From a bacterium (GTDB lineage: Bacteria > Babelota > Babeliae > Babelales > RVW-14), in the NCBI GenBank assembly GCA_043822925.1, contig JBDRBF010000002.1, forward strand, positions 14,562-78,561: 64,000 bases of DNA. The letters run 5' to 3'. Shown here piece by piece: positions 1 through 9,500 of the stretch; the stretch's first letter is position 1; each line of letters opens with the position of its first letter. The notes under the pieces were generated by a model. That model was not told the origin of the DNA. It did not search any database and saw only the letters and a list, made by a program, of their open reading frames with translations. The translations under genes and the position numbers were made by a program.

Positions 1-932
1 TGATTTCCCAATATAAAGCTCGAGACACTTTGTAACAGTAATAACCCAATTAACCATTGGCCTCTTTGAAGTACGAATTTCCAGGTTGGCGTTGCGAAAT
101 AGCTATGTTCGACGGCAGATAAACCAAATCGTCTGTATGCGTCTTCGCTTTCTTCTTCTTTTATGATTTGTACTACGTCGTTGGCTGTAATAGCTCCTAA
201 GAAGTGGTTATGTTTGTCGACTACAGGAACAGATGAGAGTTCGTAGTGGAGCATTTGGTTTGCGACATCTTCTTGGTCTTCATCGACGTATACATGTAAT
301 TCGTTTTTTTTTAGAATCTGGGAGAGTGGCGTTTCAGGTTTATTGAGTACGAGATTATCAAGTGTGATGTGCCCTACGAGAATATTGTCTTTATTCGTAA
401 CATAAATGCATTCTATAAGCTCTTGTTCTGGACTTAGTCTTTGAAGTAACGATATGCTTTGTTTCACCGTAAAGTCTTTTTGGAGGGTTATGATGCTACT
501 GTTCATACGTCCACCAGCAGACTCAGGGTCAAAGTGTAAAAGTGATATTATCTGGTTACGTTGTTTTTTCTGTAATAATTTAAGATATGTTTTTAGGTCT
601 TCGTCAGACAGGTGATCAAAAAGATCTGTTAGTTTGTCTGCATGCATGTGTTTAAGAATAGTTGTTGCGTGATCTATATCAAGAGCCGTAAGCAGTGTAG
701 CTTGTAAAATTTCAGGGATTTTGTTGAAAACTTCAATAGAAAGTTCAAGTGGAAGTTTTTTGAGTAATTGTATCTGGTCGTCTTCTTTTAGGTTTTCAAC
801 AACAAGTGCTATATCTGCAGGGTGTTGCTCGATCAAAATGTGCCACAAATCGCTCCCAAGGTGCGATTTGTTTTCTAGAACCTCTGTGATGTTGTTTTCG
901 ATCTGAAACAGGATTTTCTTTATTTCTAACAT
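1..932 (-). CDS. mgtE: Magnesium transporter MgtE, N-terminal ~310 codons (3' end runs off window start)
   Basis: Own translation of the minus strand from ATG 932..930: MLEIKKILFQIENN...HPADIALVVENL (MgtE N-domain), CBS-like segments, then the start of the TM region RGQWLIGLLLLQSVSSFILGN. Open to position 1. Absent from the ORF track because it is truncated. Confidence 0.8.
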   Translation of the reverse strand, partial: MLEIKKILFQIENNITEVLENKSHLGSDLWHILIEQHPADIALVVENLKEDDQIQLLKKLPLELSIEVFNKIPEILQATLLTALDIDHATTILKHMHADKLTDLFDHLSDEDLKTYLKLLQKKQRNQIISLLHFDPESAGGRMNSSIITLQKDFTVKQSISLLQRLSPEQELIECIYVTNKDNILVGHITLDNLVLNKPETPLSQILKKNELHVYVDEDQEDVANQMLHYELSSVPVVDKHNHFLGAITANDVVQIIKEEESEDAYRRFGLSAVEHSYFATPTWKFVLQRGQWLIGLLLLQSVSSFILGN

Positions 933-1142
933 TTTGACACCATGAAATTACTGAAACCCCAAGCCAATCTTTCTATTTGTCTTTATTTTACTAGAAAACG
1001 TATAAGAAAAGAAACAGTTTTTTGTATGTATTTGTACTTTTCTCATTATATATTATTTTTAGGTGGTATAATTCGTATACGAAAAATAAGTGTTTAATAA
1101 GTGTTTATAGAGAAAAAAGAGCTTATCATAGAGTTGGAGATT

Positions 1143-2114
1143 ATGACAGAAAAAGTGGTATCTATCACCTGCAGCGAGCCGAGCTTTAACCCTGAGCGGT
1201 TAGACAAGTATTTGCTTGGCCATTTCGCAACATATTCACGGACCTATTTTCAGGGTCTTATTTCCAAAAATTTGGTGCTTGTTAATGGTAAAGTTATGTC
1301 AAAAAGTAGTTATCTTGTGCAATCTGGTGATCAAATTTCTTTTTCTTTTATAATGCCGGCACTTTATGACATAGCTCCTCAAGATGTAACTTTTCAGGTT
1401 ATTGCTATCGAAAAAGATTTTTTAGTGATAAATAAACCCGCCGGGCTCGTTGTGCATGATGCTCCGAGTAATAAAGGGCAGCCGACGCTGGTCAGTGGCT
1501 TATTGCATCAGTTTCCTGAATTTCAAAAATTTGGAGATCAGGCTCAAAGACCGGGCATCGTACACCGTCTTGATAAAGATACATCAGGTATAATTCTTGT
1601 TGCGCGTAATTTTGAGGCGCAAATAGCGATAAGCAAGATGTTTAAAGACCGAAAAATTCATAAGACATACTTGGCAGTCGTTAAAGGGCATCCTGAGGCT
1701 AAAGGCAAAATTGATACGTTTATTGGCAGGCATCCAGTTTTGCGTCATAAGATGGCTTGTGTAAATAACTCCCAAACACCTGAGAGTACTCGTAATCGTA
1801 GCATGGGAGTCTTAAGAGGGGCTCTTACGTTCTATGAGACACTTAAGTACTATGAGCAAGATTCTCTTATAGCAGCCAGTCCCGTTACGGGGCGTACACA
1901 TCAAATTAGAGCGCATTGTGCTTTTATTGGTCACGGGATATTGGGCGACAAGGTGTATGGGCACGTCAGTGGGCATATTTCTCGGCAAGCGTTACATGCG
2001 TGGAAAATATCTTTTGAGCTTAATGGTAAGCAGTATGCTTATCAGGCCGATGTTCCTGAAGATTTTTTATGTTTGCTTAAGGCTTTACATGCTCAGAATC
2101 TGCAGCCCAAGTAA
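1143..2114 (+). CDS. rluD: RluA-family 23S rRNA pseudouridine synthase with N-terminal S4-like domain (RluD type)
   Basis: Catalytic motif HRLDKDTSGIILVAR and RTHQIR. ATG 1143 is preceded by GGAG. The track start at 1101 is GTG and lacks an SD. Confidence 0.8.
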   Translation: MTEKVVSITCSEPSFNPERLDKYLLGHFATYSRTYFQGLISKNLVLVNGKVMSKSSYLVQSGDQISFSFIMPALYDIAPQDVTFQVIAIEKDFLVINKPAGLVVHDAPSNKGQPTLVSGLLHQFPEFQKFGDQAQRPGIVHRLDKDTSGIILVARNFEAQIAISKMFKDRKIHKTYLAVVKGHPEAKGKIDTFIGRHPVLRHKMACVNNSQTPESTRNRSMGVLRGALTFYETLKYYEQDSLIAASPVTGRTHQIRAHCAFIGHGILGDKVYGHVSGHISRQALHAWKISFELNGKQYAYQADVPEDFLCLLKALHAQNLQPK

Positions 2115-2122
2115 AGAATAGT

Positions 2123-2150
2123 TTGACAAAGTCCCTGGTCATTCTATAAT
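2123..2150 (+). promoter_or_regulatory. Near-consensus sigma70-type promoter for tRNA-fMet
   Basis: TTGACA (2123-2128), 16-nt spacer, TATAAT (2145-2150), about 43 nt upstream of the tRNA 5' end. Confidence 0.55.
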
Positions 2151-2192
2151 TAGCCTACGTTTAAAAACGGTCCTTTGAAATATTGATGTCGT

Positions 2193-2269
<77 letters not shown>

Positions 2270-2274
2270 AAATC

Positions 2275-3021
2275 TTAAAAAATCCCAACTATTAACTTAA
2301 GTTCTTCGAGTGTTACTAAGTACCCTGAGATATCGTCATTTGCGACAATTTTATCTAATTCAAAAGCTGTTTCCAGCGAACAATTTCCAATTTTGGTACG
2401 TGTAAGTTCATAGGTTGTCGCGACAGTATTTGCTTTTTGAGCAATATCGTTTGCCAAAGACCGTATATATGTTCCTTTTGATACCGTTACTTTAAATATA
2501 AAAAATGGTAGCGTGAAATCGAGTAGTTCTATGTTAAGTATTTGTACTTCTCGCTGTTTTGTTTTTGCAATTTCTTCTATTTGGCTGTGCTCAATAATTT
2601 TGTGTCGTGCGAGTTTATATAATGGCTCGCCTTGATGTTTAAGCGCTGAGTATACTGGTGGCGTTTGCATATAGCTTGAACCAAGATCTTTGATTGCTTG
2701 TTCTATCTCTTGGCGTGTGATTATTAAGTTATTTGTTTCTTGTACTATTTTGCCTGAATAATCGAGCGTTTCTGTTAGTTCACCAAGTTTTGCTTTTATA
2801 ACATATTCTTTGTTAAGATTCATAAATAATGGGACTGAGCGAGTAGCCTCCCGTCCAGCACAAATTATAAGTAGTCCAGACGCTTCGTTGTCTAGCGTGC
2901 CGGTGTGTCCTATTTTTGTATTTTTGCTATATTTTTTTTTAATTCTTTTTACACAATCAAAAGAAGATACGGCAATTGGTTTGTTTATAATTAAAAAACC
3001 AGAAGATTGATTATTTTGCAT
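2275..3021 (-). CDS. truB: tRNA pseudouridine-55 synthase TruB
   Basis: GHTGTLDNEASGLLIICAGREATR catalytic Asp motif; 248 aa. Confidence 0.85.
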   Translation of the reverse strand: MQNNQSSGFLIINKPIAVSSFDCVKRIKKKYSKNTKIGHTGTLDNEASGLLIICAGREATRSVPLFMNLNKEYVIKAKLGELTETLDYSGKIVQETNNLIITRQEIEQAIKDLGSSYMQTPPVYSALKHQGEPLYKLARHKIIEHSQIEEIAKTKQREVQILNIELLDFTLPFFIFKVTVSKGTYIRSLANDIAQKANTVATTYELTRTKIGNCSLETAFELDKIVANDDISGYLVTLEELKLIVGIF

Positions 3022-3144
3022 GACAATTTTTTCATAATTAAGTAGTGTAGAACGGCAGAATTTATTGTTTAATATATCATAAAAGAGCCTGAGTCACAAT
3101 AATGGGGCAATGGGTTGAGTAGAGCGACATATTAGGGGTTTAAG

Positions 3145-3909
3145 ATGAATAGAAAGATGAAAAGAAACGTGATTTTGGGGTGTTTTGTTTCGTTTTTTTG
3201 TCTTGGGGGTTTTGTTACTACTTGTAATTTTGATAATAAAGATGGTGATATGTGGTCCTTTATTTCAAGATATCGAGAGAAATGGAAGCAAGTTGGGGCT
3301 GTTTGCCCAAGCTCTGACCAGTTGGCTGAAGCTATTACATGTAAAATCCCAGATAAAGAGGCTTCTGCAAATAAAGATGCTTCTGTCAGCGAACCCGTGC
3401 ACTATTTAGAGGTCGGGGCAGGAACCGGGTCTTTTACTGAGTATTTAGTTAAAAATAAACTTAAAAAAGGTGATATTCTTGATGCTATTGAAGTAGATCA
3501 TGATTTTTGTGAGATCTTGCGTAAAAAATTTAAAAACTTTCCACAAGTACACATAATTGAGAAATCGATCACTGACTGGAATCCTGATTATACGTATAAA
3601 TTTATTGTTTCTGGGTTGCCGTTTAATTCTTTACCTGCGAGCCTGGTTAAAGAAGTTTTGGCTAAGTACGCTCAATTAATAGAAAAGGGTGGGGTTATTT
3701 CTTATTTTGAATATATTGGGATTGCTTCGATACGAGAAATATTTTTACGCATGATAAGTTTATTTAAAGATGAAAAAGAGACAAATGAGTATCAAAAATT
3801 TTTAGAAATACGAAAAATAGTCGATGAGTTTACTCAAAAAAATGTATTTGAAGAAACGTCTGTTTTCTTGAATGTGCCGCCGGCTCGCGTATTTTATTTA
3901 AAATTTTAA
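3145..3909 (+). CDS. Class I SAM-dependent methyltransferase (phospholipid N-methyltransferase-like, COG3963 pattern)
   Basis: GAVCPSS...LEVGAGTGSFT motif I; N-terminal hydrophobic segment. Confidence 0.6.
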   Translation: MNRKMKRNVILGCFVSFFCLGGFVTTCNFDNKDGDMWSFISRYREKWKQVGAVCPSSDQLAEAITCKIPDKEASANKDASVSEPVHYLEVGAGTGSFTEYLVKNKLKKGDILDAIEVDHDFCEILRKKFKNFPQVHIIEKSITDWNPDYTYKFIVSGLPFNSLPASLVKEVLAKYAQLIEKGGVISYFEYIGIASIREIFLRMISLFKDEKETNEYQKFLEIRKIVDEFTQKNVFEETSVFLNVPPARVFYLKF

Positions 3910-5168
3910 GATAATTCTTCGTTATTCTTAAACACAAGTACCTGAAAGACTCGACGCAAGCTTGCTTGCTGAACTTGAAAACAAAAGCCCTTATAAACAA
4001 GGCGTTCGCCTTTTTTTGGTAGATGCTGCAAGCGCTCGGCTAAAAAGCCAGATAATGTGACAGATGTTTCTGTATCGATTGCAATTTTAAGCAAATCTTC
4101 AAGATCTTCAAGATCCGCTCCACCATCAACCAGCCAGCCACCATCTTCCAGGTGAACGATAGATGAACTGATTTTCTCGTGTTCGTCAGAAATATCCCCC
4201 ACAATTTCTTCAAGTATATTCTCGAGCGTGATAAGCCCAACCATGTTGCCGTATTCGTTTATTACAATAGCCATGTGTAAGCGTTTTTTTAAGAATTCGC
4301 TGAGCAGTTGGTTGATTTTTTGTGTTTCAGGTACAAATAAAATGGGCCGTACTATGCTTTTGAGTTGTTTTTTATCAGATTTATACAGGAGCTCAAAAAC
4401 GTCTTTTTGATGAATAATTCCCATAATATTGTCTTCTTTGCCTTCGTATACAGGCAAGCGAGAGAATCTGGTTTTATTGAATATTTCAACTGCTTGATGG
4501 AGCGAAGAGCCCATTTTTATAGACGCGATTTCGTTTTTTGGAATCATAATTTCTCTGACAAGCGTTTGTCCAAGACTAAAAATATTTTGGAGCATCTCTG
4601 TTTTTTTAGACTCCATTAATCCCTTTTGGTCACTATAATCGATTAAAAATTCGATTTCTTTTTCAGAGACATCATCTGCTTGTTTTTCGAGCATATGTTT
4701 TCTGCCGATTTTTGAAAAAAGAAAATCAGAAATTTTGAGTACGAGTGTTACCAGCGGGTATGAAACGCGGTAAATAATATTTATAAGCCATAAAAAAGAT
4801 CTGAAAACTTTTTCATGATGAGCTTTGGCAAGTGTCTTTGGTATTATTTCTCCGAAGATTAAGATGATTCCTGTAGCCATAAAAATACCAATAGCAACAC
4901 CAAGTGGCCCAAGAACTCTTTGCATCATATGTGATATAAGAACAGAAGTTACGACGTGTGCAAAGTTGTTTGCAATTAATATCGTAATTAAAATTCGTTG
5001 TGGGTTTTTTTCCCAACAGGCAAATAGACTATGATATTTTTCTACAGATATCTGTAATTCTTTTATTTTAAAAAGCCTGAGCGCTGTAAAAGCTGTTTCT
5101 AAAAAAGCAAAAAGAGCTGCAAAAAAGAGAGATATAATAAATAATAAAAACTCTGAAGAAATCTCCAT
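3906..5168 (-). CDS. CNNM/HlyC/CorC-family membrane protein (DUF21 + CBS pair + CorC_HlyC)
   Basis: Four N-terminal TM helices, CBS-pair region, and the C-terminal transporter-associated domain pattern. Confidence 0.8.
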   Translation of the reverse strand: MEISSEFLLFIISLFFAALFAFLETAFTALRLFKIKELQISVEKYHSLFACWEKNPQRILITILIANNFAHVVTSVLISHMMQRVLGPLGVAIGIFMATGIILIFGEIIPKTLAKAHHEKVFRSFLWLINIIYRVSYPLVTLVLKISDFLFSKIGRKHMLEKQADDVSEKEIEFLIDYSDQKGLMESKKTEMLQNIFSLGQTLVREIMIPKNEIASIKMGSSLHQAVEIFNKTRFSRLPVYEGKEDNIMGIIHQKDVFELLYKSDKKQLKSIVRPILFVPETQKINQLLSEFLKKRLHMAIVINEYGNMVGLITLENILEEIVGDISDEHEKISSSIVHLEDGGWLVDGGADLEDLEDLLKIAIDTETSVTLSGFLAERLQHLPKKGERLVYKGFCFQVQQASLRRVFQVLVFKNNEELS

Positions 5169-5182
5169 GAACTCTCCTTGAA

Positions 5183-6883
5183 TTAATCAGTCTGTTCTAA
5201 ACGTGCTATTTGCTTCTTATCAATTTTTCCGGTTGCACTCATGGGCAGATCTGTTAAGCAAATAAATTTACGCGGGATTTTGTAGGGGGCCAGGTTGTTG
5301 TTGCACAGTTTTTTAAGACTGTGTTCCAGGCTTGTTTTTTGTTCTTCTGTAAAATCTTTTACGGCAACATAGGCAATAGGAACTTGTCCCGTCCCATCTT
5401 CTAGTTTTCCGACAACAGCAGCTTTAAAAACAGCTGGGTGAGACATAAGTATATTTTCTATTTCTTGGGGATAAATATTAAAGCCCTTATGAATAATAAG
5501 ATCTTTGCTTCTTCCGGTAATATCCAGGAGCCCATTTGTGTTTATACGGGCCAAGTCTCCGGTGTTTAACCATTTGTCTTGCAGTACTTGAGCTGTTGCT
5601 TCAGGTGTTTTATAGTAACCAAGCATAATATTATCACCGCGAAGCCATAATGTGCCAATAGTGCCAACATCAACTTTTTGTCCGTTATTATCGCGAATTT
5701 CACAATCGATATGTGCAAGTGGGCAACCAACAACGGTTGTATCTTTTTCGTTATTATAAATATTAACTGCAACGACTGGAGATGCTTCGGTCAGCCCATA
5801 TCCAGCGCAAATTTTTCTGCCATAAATCATGGCGAAACCTAAACGAATTTTATCTGGAAGCATATCTGCACCAGAAATAAAAAATTTAACATTTTCAAGT
5901 GGTGCTGTTTTCATTAAACACAATAAACCATAAAGGGCTGGAAATCCCAAAAATAATGTTGGTTTATTGGTAAGTCCCTCGAGTATCAGTCGTCGGTCTA
6001 TTTTTCCGACAATTATAACAGAGCCGCCAGCTAAAATTGGGAGCCAAATACAGGTGTTTTGTGCAAATACATGAAAAAGTGGCAATACGCAAAAAAAACG
6101 TTCATCGCTGCGCAGGCCAAGTTTTATAAAGCGGGCCATACACTGCATCGCATTTGTTATAATATTGCGAGAAGAAAGCATGACGCCTTTTGGTTTGCCG
6201 GTTGTTCCTGACGTATAAAGTAATAAACATAATTCGTCATATGCTAAGCGCGCTTGTGAGTTAGTTTCGAGTTGCGTTATATATTCGTTAATCGTCTGTT
6301 TGGTTATAGGTGTTTGCCAGTCGACATCTTGTTGTGTGAAAATATGTGTGTTCTCAAGTTTGTAATCTTGAGCTGAGTTTTCCCTGGTTTGCCAGCCCTT
6401 CGAAGCCACGTAGGGCGTAGTAGGGTCTAAGTTTTTTTTAAGTTCTTGAGATGCGAATATTATTTTTGGTTGCGCATCTTGTATGATAAACGCAAGCTCT
6501 TTGGCATGTAAATATATATTTAATGGGACAACAACGCTTCCAAGCATCCAGGCTGCATAATATGCAACGTAAAATTCTAACGAATTCTCAACATACAATA
6601 ATACATGGTCTCGTGCGGTGACGCCTTGCTCTGTGTATTTTTTGCTTAATAAAATCGCGCGAAATAACAATTCTGTGTAGGTTACTTTTTTGTCTTGATA
6701 TATAAGCGCTGTTTTATCTGGATAATGTTTGTATGCATAGGCAAGAAGATCGCCAACAAAAAAATCTTCACGTGATTCCATGAGCGTCGATTTAATGAGT
6801 TCGTAAAGATAGATTTCGTCATAGGTATTAGTGCTTGTAGTAAGAATTTTATTAAGTTGATCGATCATTTTTAGCTTTGTCAT
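5183..6883 (-). CDS. AMP-dependent acyl-CoA ligase (long-chain fatty acid-CoA ligase-like)
   Basis: YTSGTTGKPKGV AMP-binding motif, GYGLTE, TGDLAR, C-terminal GKIDKK. Confidence 0.8.
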   Translation of the reverse strand: MTKLKMIDQLNKILTTSTNTYDEIYLYELIKSTLMESREDFFVGDLLAYAYKHYPDKTALIYQDKKVTYTELLFRAILLSKKYTEQGVTARDHVLLYVENSLEFYVAYYAAWMLGSVVVPLNIYLHAKELAFIIQDAQPKIIFASQELKKNLDPTTPYVASKGWQTRENSAQDYKLENTHIFTQQDVDWQTPITKQTINEYITQLETNSQARLAYDELCLLLYTSGTTGKPKGVMLSSRNIITNAMQCMARFIKLGLRSDERFFCVLPLFHVFAQNTCIWLPILAGGSVIIVGKIDRRLILEGLTNKPTLFLGFPALYGLLCLMKTAPLENVKFFISGADMLPDKIRLGFAMIYGRKICAGYGLTEASPVVAVNIYNNEKDTTVVGCPLAHIDCEIRDNNGQKVDVGTIGTLWLRGDNIMLGYYKTPEATAQVLQDKWLNTGDLARINTNGLLDITGRSKDLIIHKGFNIYPQEIENILMSHPAVFKAAVVGKLEDGTGQVPIAYVAVKDFTEEQKTSLEHSLKKLCNNNLAPYKIPRKFICLTDLPMSATGKIDKKQIARLEQTD

Positions 6884-6930
6884 CCTGGATTTTGAGCCTT
6901 ATCTCCCCCCCCCGACTTTATCTGGGGTAG
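6879..6930 (+). repeat. Possible degenerate palindromic element copy carrying a C9 tract
   Basis: GTCATCCTGGA...ATCTGGGGTAGG. The GGATGAC terminus on the minus strand contains the ATG of the acyl-CoA ligase gene. Confidence 0.35.
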
Positions 6931-6934
6931 GTTT

Positions 6935-7171
6935 TTATCCTACTTTTTTAATTTCTTCTTCTTGATCAATAAATTCGATTTCGATTGCACTGACAGGGCA
7001 CATGAGCGCCGCTTCGATTATCTTATCTTCGTTTTGTGCTATCGGTGCATTCTTTTTTACCTGAGCAACTTGTTTTATTTCAAAAATGTCAGGAGCGATC
7101 ATGTGGCAAGAGCCACATGATACGCAACCTGGAACTATTTTGACATTTTTGATGGTTGGTTTAGCAGCCAT
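6935..7171 (-). CDS. Small single-cluster ferredoxin
   Basis: CVSCGSC...CP cysteine pattern; 78 aa. Confidence 0.75.
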   Translation of the reverse strand: MAAKPTIKNVKIVPGCVSCGSCHMIAPDIFEIKQVAQVKKNAPIAQNEDKIIEAALMCPVSAIEIEFIDQEEEIKKVG

Positions 7172-7182
7172 TATTTTTTTTT

Positions 7183-7214
7183 GTCATCCTACGAAGCTTT
7201 ATGCAAAGTAGGAT
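7183..7214 (+). repeat. Short palindromic element (ATCCTAC variant)
   Basis: GTCATCCTACGAAGCTTTATGCAAAGTAGGAT. Close relative at 60256-60288. Confidence 0.6.
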
Positions 7215-7222
7215 ACAAATCC

Positions 7223-7936
7223 TTATTTTTTTGGTTTAGGTTTGTCAGCTGGTTTTTTGCTTGAAGCTGGGGTGAAAATATTCTTGTTGCCTTTTGTAGC
7301 TGGTATTTTATCTTCATCTTCGTCATCATCTTCTTCGTCTTCGCAACCCTCACAACCATCACAGCCGTCGCATTTTTCATCGTCGCAAAGCATGTTTTGG
7401 AAGTTTGCCAAGTCTTCGTCGCTGATGTCTTCATCTTCATGTTCGCTGAGTAATGCTTCAAGAAACAGTTTAACCTGTTTAGTATCGCCTTCATTGATAG
7501 ATGCCTTAATATCGCTGACCATTTCAATTAAAGCTTTTTTTGAAGCGTCATAGTCTTGATTGATTCTCGTTTTGAATTCTTTTGTTTCTGGCAATTCTTC
7601 TTCGTCATCAATGATTGCTGCAAGAAGTTCTTTTGCTTTTTTAGCATCTTTTACTTGTTTGATTTCAGCAAGAGCTTTAACTTGGTCATCCAAGAATTCA
7701 ATATCACTTTCTACTTCTTCGGTAAACTGTTGAGCATGACTGGTAAGCATTTCATGAATTTCTTCTAAGAGTTCTTTTGCATCTGCGCTTTGTGTTTGTT
7801 TTATCGTTGAATTAAGAAAAAGAAGCAGTTCAGAAAAAATAGCTTGAGTCTCATCTTTTGCTTTATGCTGTGCGTGCAATAAATAATCGGTCTGTTCCAT
7901 AAGCATTTCTAATCGTGACACGTGAAAACCTTTCAT
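7223..7936 (-). CDS. Acidic helical hypothetical protein with a CDGCDGCEGC tail
   Basis: Long ORF with E/D/K-rich helical composition; C-terminal CDDEKCDGCDGCEGCEDEEDDDEDEDK followed by a basic tail. Confidence 0.5.
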   Translation of the reverse strand: MKGFHVSRLEMLMEQTDYLLHAQHKAKDETQAIFSELLLFLNSTIKQTQSADAKELLEEIHEMLTSHAQQFTEEVESDIEFLDDQVKALAEIKQVKDAKKAKELLAAIIDDEEELPETKEFKTRINQDYDASKKALIEMVSDIKASINEGDTKQVKLFLEALLSEHEDEDISDEDLANFQNMLCDDEKCDGCDGCEGCEDEEDDDEDEDKIPATKGNKNIFTPASSKKPADKPKPKK

Positions 7937-8084
7937 GTAATTTTTCTCTTAGTCATTAATAAAAGAGAATAACGTAATATATGGGACTCAGGAAATACCT
8001 GTATGATAATAGCGTACTAGAAAAACGATTTCGCCACAAGAGGGCCTTGTGATATTGTGCTAAATCAAGAACCCACGTGTTTGT

Positions 8085-8117
8085 CATAATAGAAAAGGCA
8101 CGTATAAAACGTGCCTT
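8085..8117 (-). terminator. Rho-independent terminator candidate for the 8151-8426 gene
   Basis: 8-bp stem AAGGCACG/CGTGCCTT with a 7-nt loop, then TTTTCTATT on the minus strand. Confidence 0.45.
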
Positions 8118-8150
8118 CTAAAGTTTATTTGAAAATTTATTAAAGTAAGA

Positions 8151-8426
8151 TTATTCGTCTTCTGTGTCTGACATTTCGTCTGTGTCATCAGACATATCTT
8201 CTTCATCTGCCATTTCTTCTGTATCGTCTGATACTTTGCCGACGACTTCATCAGATTCATCAGATACTTTGTCTACTTCTTCAGTTTCTTCGCCCGTTGC
8301 TGACATTTCGTCTGTATCATCAGAAACTACGCCGATTTCTTCTTCTTCATTAGCCAGTACGATTGATGGGGTTACGCTGAAAACGAGAAAACCAGCAAGG
8401 GCAGCGATCAAAAGCTTTTTGTTCAT
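8151..8426 (-). CDS. Small acidic repeat protein with signal peptide
   Basis: Signal peptide MNKKLLIAALAGFLVFSVTPSIVLA, AAGGAG SD upstream, VSD(D/E)(T/S)(D/E)E(M/V) repeats, terminator downstream. Confidence 0.5.
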   Translation of the reverse strand: MNKKLLIAALAGFLVFSVTPSIVLANEEEEIGVVSDDTDEMSATGEETEEVDKVSDESDEVVGKVSDDTEEMADEEDMSDDTDEMSDTEDE

Positions 8427-8560
8427 CTTTTCTCCTTAAAACAACAAGAACATACGTTTTTTGTCGACAAGAATACGATCTAAAACTGATCGTAATTTGT
8501 TTTTAGTCTTTTGTCAAAATAAAACAGAGCCTAAAAAATACCCTTTGCAATATTATCATA

Positions 8561-8669
8561 GAGGCCATGGATTTTGCCACATTGCCCCATGGCCTCTTTG
8601 TGTTTGTGTTGCTAATTTATCTTGATTTCTAGAACTTGACCAACGCGCCTGCATGCATATTAGATTCGC
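8561..8669. repeat. Left copy of a ~105-bp direct duplication flanking the Y1-transposase cassette
   Basis: Hairpin GAGGCCATGG...CCATGGCCTC plus CTCTTTGTGTTTGTGTTGCTAATTTATCTTGATTT plus CTAGAACTTGACCAACGCGCCTGCATGCATAT. Matches 9501-9560 plus 9624-9666 almost exactly outside the hairpin. Confidence 0.8.
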
Positions 8670-8670
8670 C
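8629..8670 (-). pseudogene. Relic copy of the last 13 codons plus stop of the porin-like gene
   Basis: The reverse complement reads GESNMHAGALVKF*, versus RESDMHAGALVKF* at the true 3' end (9624-9665). No ORF continues upstream of it. Confidence 0.6.
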
Positions 8671-8894
8671 CCATTATCCCGGGGTCTCGCAGAGCTCGTG
8701 CCCGGGCTACAAAAAGCACAAGGTTACACCTTGTTTATGGAGTTTTTATATTGCCAGGGCTTGTTGGGTGCCAATTTAAAAATTGGTTTTTATTGCAAAA
8801 GCGTTGATCTGTTAGCATATGTTGTATTCGTTCGGGCTTTGTGTTAGCTTTTGTTTTTGTTCAATAATTTTATATATTTTTTATTTGGTGGCTT

Positions 8895-9326
8895 ATGAGT
8901 GATACATATTCAAGCTTATATTTTCACTGTGTTTGGAGTACTCAAAATCGATTTCCATCTCTTACTTCACCATTTGATGTTAAAGCGTATGGATTTATTG
9001 GAAGCATGGTAAATCGTGAAGGCGGCAAAATTCTTGCTATTGGTGGGATGCCAGATCATGTACATCTTCTTTTTTCAATAAAACCGTCAGATTCGGTTGC
9101 GCGTATGATGCGTTATGTAAAAGGGGGATCATCAAAGTTGTTGAAAGATTCACATATAAATATGAAATATTTTGCATGGCAAAAAGGGTATGGGGTTTTT
9201 TCGGTAAGCAGGTCAAATATTGATGTGGTTGCTCGATATATTAAAAATCAGGAAATTCATCATAAAGAACGTTCTTCTGAATCTGAATTTGCCATGCTAT
9301 TAAAATTGCATGACATAAAAATCTAG
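8895..9326 (+). CDS. tnpA: Y1 (HUH) transposase, IS200-like / REP-associated tyrosine transposase-like
   Basis: YFHCVWSTQNR, HUH motif DHVHLL, catalytic Tyr context WQKGYG; 143 aa. Confidence 0.8.
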   Translation: MSDTYSSLYFHCVWSTQNRFPSLTSPFDVKAYGFIGSMVNREGGKILAIGGMPDHVHLLFSIKPSDSVARMMRYVKGGSSKLLKDSHINMKYFAWQKGYGVFSVSRSNIDVVARYIKNQEIHHKERSSESEFAMLLKLHDIKI

Positions 9327-9388
9327 GCCAAGCTTAGGGATTTTCGTATAAATTTGCCGTTTGGTATTTTTTAATAAAATGGCATTAA

Positions 9389-9413
9389 ACAAGCCGTATG
9401 GCTTGTGTTTTTT
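9389..9413 (+). terminator. Rho-independent terminator of tnpA
   Basis: ACAAGCC-GTAT-GGCTTGT followed by GTTTTTT. Confidence 0.6.
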
Positions 9414-9500
9414 GTAGCCCGGGCACGAGAAGAGCTTTAGCTCTGCGAGACCCCGGGATTATAATCAACCCCCGCGACCTCGAATTTCCCATTAAATCAA

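Larger units (their letters stand above)
8678..9457 (+). mobile_element. IS200/IS605-like or RAYT-like cassette bounded by inverted repeats
   Basis: Left end is CCCGGGGTCTCGCAGAGCTCGTGCCCGGGCTACA (8678-8711). The right end (9413-9457) is its reverse complement with one 11-nt insertion. Single Y1 transposase gene inside. Confidence 0.6.

Noticed and set aside
933-1100. M-box (Mg2+) riboswitch upstream of mgtE
   Set aside because: The region is extremely AT-rich with no conserved M-box helices visible, and it is too short and unstructured.
8164-8439. Serine-rich 91-aa plus-strand ORF mirroring the acidic repeat gene; likewise 7242-7553 and 7189-7527 inside the acidic protein gene
   Set aside because: The minus-strand ORFs have the signal peptide, SD and downstream terminator. 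The plus-strand frames are mirror artefacts of GA-rich repeats.
8653-8847. 64-aa ORF spanning the left inverted repeat of the transposase cassette; also the 9497-9706 and 9591-9800 ORFs
   Set aside because: These are translations of repeat/terminator DNA and of the antisense strand of the porin 3' end. No start context supports them, and they overlap better-supported features.
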